From positions 17,524-81,523 of the forward strand of contig JBDROJ010000019.1 in NCBI GenBank assembly GCA_043810165.1: a stretch of DNA of 64,000 nt, in the 5' to 3' direction. Origin of the DNA: a bacterium (GTDB lineage Bacteria > Patescibacteriota > Patescibacteriia > Magasanikbacterales > GWA2-37-8). Shown here piece after piece: positions 1-8,587 of the stretch (positions are counted from its first letter, which is position 1; each line of letters opens with the position of its first letter). Below the pieces are notes generated by a model. That model did no database searches, had not been told where the DNA came from, and worked only from the letters and a program-made list of their open reading frames with translations. The position numbers and the translations under genes are program-made.

Positions 1-495
1 AGCGATTTTAATTTGTTCAGATAAAATGTCGTCTCTTTCTTGTACTTGGCCTTTTTTAACACTGGCAACAAATTCATTTTTCTCCACCATTTCGGCGATC
101 TCTTTTATACCACTGGTTCCACTGATAGGCACTGCTCGAGCCCGAGTAATCTTGAACCCGTTATATTCACCTGGGTTATGTGAGGCTGACACCTGTAAAC
201 CGCCATCATAACCATATTTGGCCACAGCAAAATAAAAAGTGGGAGTGGATGCCAAACCTATTTCAACCACATTAACACCTTGATCAATTACCCCGCGCAC
301 AACTTCTTTTTTCAAACTAGGCGAAGAATTGCGCATATCATGGCCAATCACTACGGTAATTTCTTCTTTTTTAACCTCTGCTTTAATCAATTCAGCATAA
401 GCTTGACCAACCCTATAGGCGATATCCTCATCTAACTCCTTCGGATAAATTCCACGGATATCATAGGCTTTAAAAATTTGTTTGGGAAAACTCAT
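1..495 (-). CDS. Phosphomannomutase/phosphoglucomutase (alpha-D-phosphohexomutase), N-terminal part; runs off the window start
   Basis: Manual translation from ATG at 495: MSFPKQIFKAYDIRGIYP...GHDMRNSS...STP...SASHNPGEYNGFK (phosphoserine motif). Not in the ORF track. Confidence 0.92.
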   Translation of the reverse strand, partial: MSFPKQIFKAYDIRGIYPKELDEDIAYRVGQAYAELIKAEVKKEEITVVIGHDMRNSSPSLKKEVVRGVIDQGVNVVEIGLASTPTFYFAVAKYGYDGGLQVSASHNPGEYNGFKITRARAVPISGTSGIKEIAEMVEKNEFVASVKKGQVQERDDILSEQIKIA

Positions 496-576
496 ATTTT
501 TTATGTTATTCTAGCTTGATTTAATAGTGTTTTCATTATATAATGATAAAAGAAAAAATACAAATTAAAATTACAT

Positions 577-3099
577 ATGAATATCATTGAACGCTTTTCA
601 ACCCATCTGCGCGAAGCCATGACTCGTAGCATCACCATGGCTACCGAGCTAAATCAACCTCTGGTTCAGCCTATCCATCTTTTATTTACTTTATGTACTT
701 TAAAAGGATCTGTGGCCAGTGAAATTGCCAGCCGATTGCAAATAAACGACGAGATTATTGAACAAATGATCATTAAACTTCCATCTGAAACAAAAAAAAT
801 GCCGGGCCGAAAAAAAAGACAAATAGCCCAAGCTGAATTAAGCTCTCTATCTCCAAGCGCTAAACAAGCTCTTGAAAAATCTATAATGTACGCTCATCAA
901 CGCCAACATAATTATGTTGGCACCGAACACCTACTTCTAGCATTGATTGATTTAAAAGATAAACTAATCGGCCAAGTATTAAGCATGAGTGGAATAAATC
1001 CTGATGAAATAAAAAACCAACTGGATACTGTTTTAAATAATGCCACTCAATTTCCACAAGTAGCTGAATTATCTGAAACCATGAATAGGATGCAGGAAAG
1101 CCTTGGTGACCCTGTCATGAATACACCCTCAATGACCATGGATAATTCAAAATCAAAATCTCAACAATCTGCTTTGGATTTTTTTGCAACCAATCTGACC
1201 GATCCGGAAATTCAAAAAAATATTGACCCGGTTATCGGACGCAAAGATGAGATTGAACGCCTGACGCAGATACTCTGCCGGCGCACAAAAAACAATCCTG
1301 TACTATTAGGCGATCCCGGAGTTGGTAAAACCGCCATTGTAGAAGGATTGGCTAAAAAAATAAATGAAGGGAAAGTGCCTGGCATATTATTAAATAAAAA
1401 AATATATGCCCTGGATATGGGCATGTTAATTGCCGGCACGACCTTTCGCGGTGAATTTGAATCCCGCCTGCAACATATTATTGAAGATATCGCCAAAAAT
1501 CCAAACATTATTTTGTTTATTGATGAAATCCATAACATTGTTGGTGCTGGCTCAAATCAAGGCACCATGGACGCATCAAATATATTAAAACCTGTATTGG
1601 CGCGCGGACACATCCGATGTATCGGCGCTACCACTCCAACTGAATTTAAAAAATATATAGAAAACGACTCTGCCCTGGAACGCCGATTTCAACCTATTTA
1701 TGTCAAACAATCCAGCGTGGAGGACACTATCAAAATCCTCAAAGGGATAAAAATCAATTATGAAAAATACCACAATGTAAAAATTACTGATAAAGCCGTA
1801 AAAGCGGCCGCTTATTTGGCTGATAGATATATTACTGATAAATTATTGCCTGACAAAGCCATTGATCTGCTTGATGAAACAGCGGCCAGTAAAAAAATGG
1901 CCGGCAAAATTACTCCTCAACAGAGCAATCTCTTAAAATTAGAGCAAGAATTGGAAAAAACCACAGTAGCCAAAGAAAAAGCTACCTTTGATGATAATTT
2001 TCAACAAGCTGTTAAATTAAAAGCCCAAGAACACAAGTTGGCAAAACAAATCCAACAGCTACAAAACCAAAATGCCAAAAAACAATTAACCAAAAAACCA
2101 ATTGGTTCAATTACTAATAAGGATGTGCTTAAACAATTAAGCAAGGTAATTAACACTCCGGTAGATGAATTAATTTTAGATAAAAAAGAAAAATTAAAAA
2201 ACCTGGAAACAGAATTAAAAAAATCAATTATAGGCCAAGATCGAACTATCACCCAGGTAAGTCAGACAATCCGCCAAGCTCAACTGCAAATTTCCAATCC
2301 TGAACGGCCCATGGCTTCTTTTATGTTTGTTGGTGAAAGCGGAATGGGCAAAACCGAGCTAGCCAAAACTCTAAGCCAAGTACTGTATCCCAGCCAAGAT
2401 GCGCTCATTGCATTAAACATGAGTGAATTTAATGAAAGTCATAGCGTATCTAAATTGTTGGGCTCACCTGCCGGATATATTGGCTACAAAGAAAGTAATC
2501 AATTCACTGACAAGATAAAAATGAATCCTTATTGTGTGATTCTACTTGATGAAATAGACAAAGCCCATGCTGATGTAACCAAGCTATTATTACAAATTCT
2601 AGAAAATGGAGAAATTACTGACTCAACGGGCAGGAAAATTTCTTTAAAACATGCTATAATAATACTAACCACTACTGCCGGTGCCCAACAGGCAAAAAAA
2701 GGTGGTATTGGTTTTGGTGATACAAAAAATCACCAAGCTGAAATTGAAAAAAAGGTGATTGAACATCTAAAAGAATACTTCAGTATAGAGATGATAAACC
2801 GAGTAGATAAAATATGTTTGCTTAATACTTTGCAAACCCAGGAATTGGCTAAAATCGCCCAGTTAGAAATCAAGATGTTTAATGATCAGCTAAAAAAATA
2901 CAAAACTAAAATTCACGCCGAAGATCAAACCATTGAATGGTTGATCAAACAGATATCTCAATCAGATCTGGATGCCAGAACCGTGCGTGGCCATGTCAGA
3001 CAAGAAGTGGAAAGATTAATGTCAGATTTATTGTTAAATGAAAAAGTAAAACCCAAATATCACCTAGAAGCAATTGGCAACCAACTGCTAATAAAATGA
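577..3099 (+). CDS. clpC: ATP-dependent Clp protease ATP-binding subunit, ClpC-like
   Basis: Two Clp_N repeats, AAA1 GDPGVGKT/IDEIH, ALERRFQ, short coiled-coil, AAA2 GESGMGKT, KLLGSPAGYIGY. Confidence 0.92.
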   Translation: MNIIERFSTHLREAMTRSITMATELNQPLVQPIHLLFTLCTLKGSVASEIASRLQINDEIIEQMIIKLPSETKKMPGRKKRQIAQAELSSLSPSAKQALEKSIMYAHQRQHNYVGTEHLLLALIDLKDKLIGQVLSMSGINPDEIKNQLDTVLNNATQFPQVAELSETMNRMQESLGDPVMNTPSMTMDNSKSKSQQSALDFFATNLTDPEIQKNIDPVIGRKDEIERLTQILCRRTKNNPVLLGDPGVGKTAIVEGLAKKINEGKVPGILLNKKIYALDMGMLIAGTTFRGEFESRLQHIIEDIAKNPNIILFIDEIHNIVGAGSNQGTMDASNILKPVLARGHIRCIGATTPTEFKKYIENDSALERRFQPIYVKQSSVEDTIKILKGIKINYEKYHNVKITDKAVKAAAYLADRYITDKLLPDKAIDLLDETAASKKMAGKITPQQSNLLKLEQELEKTTVAKEKATFDDNFQQAVKLKAQEHKLAKQIQQLQNQNAKKQLTKKPIGSITNKDVLKQLSKVINTPVDELILDKKEKLKNLETELKKSIIGQDRTITQVSQTIRQAQLQISNPERPMASFMFVGESGMGKTELAKTLSQVLYPSQDALIALNMSEFNESHSVSKLLGSPAGYIGYKESNQFTDKIKMNPYCVILLDEIDKAHADVTKLLLQILENGEITDSTGRKISLKHAIIILTTTAGAQQAKKGGIGFGDTKNHQAEIEKKVIEHLKEYFSIEMINRVDKICLLNTLQTQELAKIAQLEIKMFNDQLKKYKTKIHAEDQTIEWLIKQISQSDLDARTVRGHVRQEVERLMSDLLLNEKVKPKYHLEAIGNQLLIK

Positions 3100-3108
3100 T
3101 AATTTCCT

Positions 3109-4668
3109 ATGCCTGACCAGAATACCACAGACAATAACGAAAACCTGGACGACCAACTTTTATATACACCACCTGATTCTGAAGACCAACAAGATCAAGA
3201 CACAGAAGATCAAAATCAAACCAGCTCCAAGCCTGGTAAAGTTAGTAAACTTCCAGACAAATCAGTAGATCTGGGTGATATAAGTTCCGGACAAAAAAAA
3301 CAAATTGATAGTGAAATTAAAATACCACTGGATGATTTAGAAATACAAGGGAAATTGCCGGCCAGGGCACCTGAAGAATTAGGTGAAGATGAACCACCAG
3401 ATGAGCCAGGAAAACAAAATCAAACAAAACCAGAACCCGAGCAAAACGAACAGGATCAAAATTTGCCCGCTAAAAAACCGGATCATAAAAAATCGGAAAA
3501 GCAAAAATCTGCAGATAAACCTTCAAAATCAGATCAATCCAAAGATCAACAACAAGAAGAAAAACCCGAGCAAGAGCCTGAAGAATCAGAACAAGACGAG
3601 TCAGAAGAGGAAGAAGGAGAAGAACAACCCGATGATGGAGAAGCCGAGCCAAGCGCAGAGCAAGGCCAAGGACAACCAGGAGAACAAAGCGAGCAAGGCC
3701 AAGAAGATGAGCAGGAACCCGAACAAGAAGAAGACGAAGAATCAGATCAAGACGAGCCAGAACAAGATCAGCCAACTGAAGAACCTCCAACCCAACCGGA
3801 TGAGCAACTGCCAAAACCACCAGAACCACATAAGCCAAAACCAAAATCCGAGCCAGAATCTGATTCAAAAAAAGAAGATTTAGAAGATAAAAAGAAAGAA
3901 TTGGAAGAAGATCTAGAAAAAGGAGACCAAGAAAAAAAAGAAGATCGTCAACAACCCGAAACCAAACCAGAAGAAAAATCCAAACCTGTTGAAAAAAAAG
4001 AACCACCCAAGGCCAAACCAAAAAAAAAGAAAAAGCCCAGTACCACCCCACAGCAACTAGATCCAAAACAGCAACAAGATGCACAAACTCAAATGCAACA
4101 ACAGCAACAAGCTGAACGAATGAAACAACAAAAAGAACAAGATGAGGATCAACAACAAAAATCTCAACAACCCGAGCAAGGAGAATATGAGGGACAAGAA
4201 TCCGAACAAGAAGAACAAGAGCAAGGAGAGCAAGAACAAGAAGGAGAGGCAGAAGCACAGGCTGAACAAGCCGAACAAGCTCAAAAATCACTTAAGGAAA
4301 TCAATCAACAAATATTAACAAAAGAAAAACAAATCAAACAGTTAAAAAAATCGATCGCACCAGCGCAAAGAAAAATATGGTTAAAAACATGGGCGCTGAG
4401 AGGTATGAAATTTTGGTATTTCCTAGTTATAATGGCTGAAATTATCCTTGCTATTTCAATTATAGGCTGGGCAGTAATAGAATACGTAGAAAAATACAGG
4501 CAAAAATTAAGTAAACAAATTAAAAAAATTAAAAAAGAATTAAAAGCAGAACAGAAAGCTATTCAAAACACAGTAGACAAGATAAAAGGCTTGCAAAGAG
4601 AACTAAATTTATTATACAGAGAAAAACTTGAAGCTCAAGGCATGTTGATTCCTAATGCACGCATTTAA
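3109..4668 (+). CDS. Low-complexity Q/E/D/K/P-rich protein with C-terminal coiled-coil and membrane segment
   Basis: 519 aa ORF fits between clpC and the next gene. About 390 aa look disordered, followed by coiled-coil, hydrophobic WYFLVIMAEIILAISIIGWAVI, and a second coiled-coil. Confidence 0.75.
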   Translation: MPDQNTTDNNENLDDQLLYTPPDSEDQQDQDTEDQNQTSSKPGKVSKLPDKSVDLGDISSGQKKQIDSEIKIPLDDLEIQGKLPARAPEELGEDEPPDEPGKQNQTKPEPEQNEQDQNLPAKKPDHKKSEKQKSADKPSKSDQSKDQQQEEKPEQEPEESEQDESEEEEGEEQPDDGEAEPSAEQGQGQPGEQSEQGQEDEQEPEQEEDEESDQDEPEQDQPTEEPPTQPDEQLPKPPEPHKPKPKSEPESDSKKEDLEDKKKELEEDLEKGDQEKKEDRQQPETKPEEKSKPVEKKEPPKAKPKKKKKPSTTPQQLDPKQQQDAQTQMQQQQQAERMKQQKEQDEDQQQKSQQPEQGEYEGQESEQEEQEQGEQEQEGEAEAQAEQAEQAQKSLKEINQQILTKEKQIKQLKKSIAPAQRKIWLKTWALRGMKFWYFLVIMAEIILAISIIGWAVIEYVEKYRQKLSKQIKKIKKELKAEQKAIQNTVDKIKGLQRELNLLYREKLEAQGMLIPNARI

Positions 4669-4696
4669 CAAAAAAAATAATAACTAATATTTGCGT

Positions 4697-5926
4697 ATGC
4701 TAAATACCAAAAGAACTATTTTAATTATTCTGCTTTTATTGGCAACTATTTTAATAGGCCTAGCCATATACTTTTTTCTTTTCAAACAACAATCCCCTTT
4801 TGACTTTTTTACTAATGATCAGACAACCACAACAACAGTTGAAACTTTGCCCGGATCAGGACAACGAGTGGTAACATCAACAGACGGGACAATAATCGGA
4901 GCAGAAACTCTGCCAACTGCGCAAATAACGCAACAACCTGTCCAACCCAGCTATTTTCAACCCAAAGCCGTGGAAAAAATAACTTCAGATTATGCGATCT
5001 TTCCTTCTCTAAATCAAGACGGCGGATATCGCTACCACAATGCATCAGATGGTAAATTCTATAGCATCACAGATAGTGGAGAAAGTAAATTACTAGCAGA
5101 CAAAGTTTTTTATAATGTAAGTAAAGTAACTTGGGCAGAAACCAAAGACAAGGCCGTAATTGAATATCCAGATGATTCAAAAATTATCTATGATTTTGAA
5201 AACAACAAGCAAGTAAGCCTGCCAAAGCATTGGGAAGATTTTTCCTTTTCACCCGAAGGCAGTGAAATCGTGGCCAAAAGTTTGGGTATTTCCACGGAAA
5301 ACCGATGGCTGATTACCATGAATGATGACGGAACCGGTTTAAAAACCATTGAACCCATGGGAAACAACGCTGATTATGTAACCGTGGATTGGTCGCCTAG
5401 CAGGCAAGTCATAGCATTTTCCAACACAGGCGAAGCCATTGGCGCTGATCGCACTGAAATACTACTGGTTGGTTTAAATAAAGAAAATTTCAAGGCTCTC
5501 ACCATTGAAGGCAATGGTTTTGAATCAGAATGGTCCCCTACCGGCAAAAAATTATTATACAGTGCTTACAGCGCCCGCAGTGAATACAAGCCCGAGTTAT
5601 GGATATCAGATGCTTATGGCGACAGTGTTAACGAAAATCGCCAAATGCTTAATATCAACACATGGCCTGACAAATGCTCTTTTGGCGATGATAACACTAT
5701 TTATTGTGCTGTACCCAGAAGCTTACCCGAAGGTGCAGGCATGTCCAAAGCCATCGCCAATAGCATATATGACGATCTATATAAAATAGATCTAAGCACC
5801 GGCTTAAAAACTCCAATTTCATTGGATGATAATTATACTATTCAGAATATCTCTTTTGATAAAAAAAATAACAAACTGCTTTTCACTGATATTTATGATT
5901 CAGGAGTGTTTGAAGTAAGCTTATAA
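4697..5926 (+). CDS. Membrane-anchored TolB/PD40-like beta-propeller protein
   Basis: N-terminal TM helix, T-rich linker, repeated F/W-SP-x-G blades (FSPEG, WSPSR, WSPTG). ATG 4697 preferred over TTG 4691. Confidence 0.7.
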   Translation: MLNTKRTILIILLLLATILIGLAIYFFLFKQQSPFDFFTNDQTTTTTVETLPGSGQRVVTSTDGTIIGAETLPTAQITQQPVQPSYFQPKAVEKITSDYAIFPSLNQDGGYRYHNASDGKFYSITDSGESKLLADKVFYNVSKVTWAETKDKAVIEYPDDSKIIYDFENNKQVSLPKHWEDFSFSPEGSEIVAKSLGISTENRWLITMNDDGTGLKTIEPMGNNADYVTVDWSPSRQVIAFSNTGEAIGADRTEILLVGLNKENFKALTIEGNGFESEWSPTGKKLLYSAYSARSEYKPELWISDAYGDSVNENRQMLNINTWPDKCSFGDDNTIYCAVPRSLPEGAGMSKAIANSIYDDLYKIDLSTGLKTPISLDDNYTIQNISFDKKNNKLLFTDIYDSGVFEVSL

Positions 5927-5941
5927 TTAATTTATGTCTTT

Positions 5942-6598
5942 ATGACTCACAAAAAATTGCATTTGGGCATTCTGGTTCTAATACTGCTAGTAGTATTTTT
6001 ATTAGGCAAAGAAATTAAAAAAACGGCTGGCATCACTACTAAAAAAGAAATTATCCCAATTATATCAAGCGGAACCGTGGACATACCAATATACAAGACC
6101 GATCCGATTTATGGCAACCCGGGCGCACAATTAACCATAATTGAATTTATTGATTTTAATTGTAAAGACTGTGTTAAAATTCACAATCAATTAACAGATT
6201 TTGTGGACAAAAATCAACAAAAAGCCAGAATAGTATGGAAAGGTGTGCCAGAACCAACTATTTTTTCCATTCCAAACTTTTTAGCGCACCAAGCTATTTT
6301 ATGTGCACAAAAACAAAACAAAGCTTGGCAATTTATAAAAATATTAATGCAGGATAAAAAAAATACCACGCCTGAAGGCCTAAAAAATACTGCTCAAGGA
6401 TTAAATCTTAATACAGTTGACTGGTGGAAATGCACTGAATCCATTGAATCAAGATACATAATAAATACTTCAACTAATATAGCAACTGAACTTGGTATTA
6501 GTTATTCATTACCCACGATTTTTGTAAATAATCACTGGGTTAATGTAAACGAAGACATCAAATTGGAAGAGATTTTAAAACAGTTTGTTGAGAAATAA
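5942..6598 (+). CDS. DsbA-family thioredoxin-fold protein
   Basis: N-terminal TM, GNPGAQLTIIEFIDFNCKDC (CxxC), cis-Pro loop SLPTIFVN. Confidence 0.88.
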   Translation: MTHKKLHLGILVLILLVVFLLGKEIKKTAGITTKKEIIPIISSGTVDIPIYKTDPIYGNPGAQLTIIEFIDFNCKDCVKIHNQLTDFVDKNQQKARIVWKGVPEPTIFSIPNFLAHQAILCAQKQNKAWQFIKILMQDKKNTTPEGLKNTAQGLNLNTVDWWKCTESIESRYIINTSTNIATELGISYSLPTIFVNNHWVNVNEDIKLEEILKQFVEK

Positions 6599-6604
6599 AA
6601 ACCT

Positions 6605-8530
6605 ATGATATCAGTCAAAACTAAAATACTAATCTACCTAATATTTCTGGTATCTTTTTTTTCCTTTACACATCAATCGGTAGCAGCACAAGATTATTGT
6701 ATCGGCTGGTTGGCCAATAAAAATACCATCACATGCCTAGGAGTGTCTCATTACAAAGACTGCCAACCGGTCAGTAACTCCCTAACTAAATATAAAGCGA
6801 TTATTCCCTGGGGTTCAGAGTCACAGCCTACCCCTACTTTACCAAAAGACTTTCACCTACTAACCTCAAATATATATTCTGATGCAACAAAGTGTAATAC
6901 TGCTATTGCCAGTATTAATACAAAAGGATTTTGCGTTCACCACAAAAAAAATAGATGTATATCCAAACACATCGATAGTCCGGCTGACTGTTCCAAGTCA
7001 AATCCTACCAATTACAAAACATATAAAGAGTGCTACGATATACTAACAGGTAAAACAAAAACCACTTGCACCAAACACGCAGACTGTGTAGGTGGCCGCT
7101 TTTGTCTGTTATCTAAGTGTTACGCCATAACCGATTTACATATTCATACAGATAAAAAATGTAAGACGGATAAAGATTGTACTTTTGACAGTAAGCCGGG
7201 AGTCTGTAAATCAATGTATAGTCTTGGCTCTACCGCGTTTTCTGCTGGCAAGTCACCTAATGTGCCTGATGTATACCAAAGCTATTGTTTCCTTCTTGAC
7301 CCTGTTGTCACACCAATAAAAAAAACAATCACCTGGAAATCAAAAATACCTGACATTAGTATTAGAATACCAGGCCTAACCTTTGCTAGCATTCAAGACT
7401 CTATTACATTAGATGATGACGGACGCAAAATTATTAACATTCCTTGGGTCGGTCAATACATAACAGCAGTATATAAATTTGCCTTGGCCTTGGCCAGCGT
7501 AGTGGCTGTAGTTATGTTAATAATTCAAGGCGTAACAATCATGATGTCTGGTGGGGGTGAAGCCAAACAAGGTGCATATAAAAAAATACTACAAATATTT
7601 GTTGGCTTAGGCATAATGTGGGGATCTTATGCTATCTTGTATAATATCAATCCAGACTTGGTTAAATTCAAAGCTTTAGCTGTGACGATGGTTGAAAAAG
7701 AAGAAGCTAAATTTGAATCAGATTCAGTTAATCTTGGTACTGGGTCGGCAGCTGGCTCATCAGCCGCTGGCGCTTCAGGACCAAGTTACTCATCATCTAA
7801 AAATAAATACATAATACCATCTTACAAACAATGGAAGGGTGCTTGGGCCAAAGAAACTTTACCAATGAGCAGTAGCAAAATGAGCAGTAAAGGCTGTGTT
7901 TTTGTCTCTTATGCAATTGCCCTTCAAGCATTATACAATGATGGAACAAACCCATCTTCTTTAAAAAAATTATATACAGATGCTAAACAAGGCGATAATG
8001 TCAATATTGATCTTTACTACCAAAAAGATTTTATGAAAAATAGGTATCCGGGTTTAAAGGTTACTAGGATGAAGCGACCAGCAAAAATCAGCGACTTTAC
8101 CAGTGCCTTGGATCAAGGCAAACTCATAGCAGTCCGTGTTTATACAAGCGCCTTTACAGGCGGAGGACATCAATTTGTTATATATGATTATTATGAAAAA
8201 GGTGGTAAATATTATGTAAAAGTTTCAGACCCAGGCACGGGTGATAGTGCATATACTCGTTGCACCAAGGATATGAGTGGAAAATACGCTAAAGATGACG
8301 CAAAAATAAAAGACAAATTAAAAAAAGATAGAGATTTGAGTGAACAAGGTAAAACTAGTGGGTTCCTATGTGGTGATCCATATAAATTATCTCTTCAATC
8401 ACGTTGCCAGAATACTAATTGTGCTGGCCCAAAAGGAGTGGCTTTTGGACCAAATAATTATCCTTTGGAATACATAATGCGTGTAGGTGTAATGATGAAA
8501 GACTCTTTTGTATTTGAAAGAACTAACTGA
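6605..8530 (+). CDS. Secreted Cys-rich protein with CPR/VirB2-like pilin hairpin and C-terminal C39-like (papain-fold) peptidase domain
   Basis: Signal peptide; Cys-rich N-region; two-TM pilin motif ending LYNINPDLV; then YKQ...KGCVFVSYAIAL...GGHQFVIY...VSDP (Q/C/H/D catalytic pattern). Confidence 0.7.
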   Translation: MISVKTKILIYLIFLVSFFSFTHQSVAAQDYCIGWLANKNTITCLGVSHYKDCQPVSNSLTKYKAIIPWGSESQPTPTLPKDFHLLTSNIYSDATKCNTAIASINTKGFCVHHKKNRCISKHIDSPADCSKSNPTNYKTYKECYDILTGKTKTTCTKHADCVGGRFCLLSKCYAITDLHIHTDKKCKTDKDCTFDSKPGVCKSMYSLGSTAFSAGKSPNVPDVYQSYCFLLDPVVTPIKKTITWKSKIPDISIRIPGLTFASIQDSITLDDDGRKIINIPWVGQYITAVYKFALALASVVAVVMLIIQGVTIMMSGGGEAKQGAYKKILQIFVGLGIMWGSYAILYNINPDLVKFKALAVTMVEKEEAKFESDSVNLGTGSAAGSSAAGASGPSYSSSKNKYIIPSYKQWKGAWAKETLPMSSSKMSSKGCVFVSYAIALQALYNDGTNPSSLKKLYTDAKQGDNVNIDLYYQKDFMKNRYPGLKVTRMKRPAKISDFTSALDQGKLIAVRVYTSAFTGGGHQFVIYDYYEKGGKYYVKVSDPGTGDSAYTRCTKDMSGKYAKDDAKIKDKLKKDRDLSEQGKTSGFLCGDPYKLSLQSRCQNTNCAGPKGVAFGPNNYPLEYIMRVGVMMKDSFVFERTN

Positions 8531-8587
8531 CAAAAAAACTATACTGCAATCAATGCTTAAACAATTTATTTGTTTAAAAATTTAAAA

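Noticed and set aside
26-211. 61-aa + strand ORF
   Set aside because: Antisense shadow of the phosphohexomutase gene
3383-4291. Long alternative-frame and antisense ORFs (166, 273, 75 aa), including a very hydrophobic one
   Set aside because: By-products of the purine-rich low-complexity gene, whose other frames lack stops
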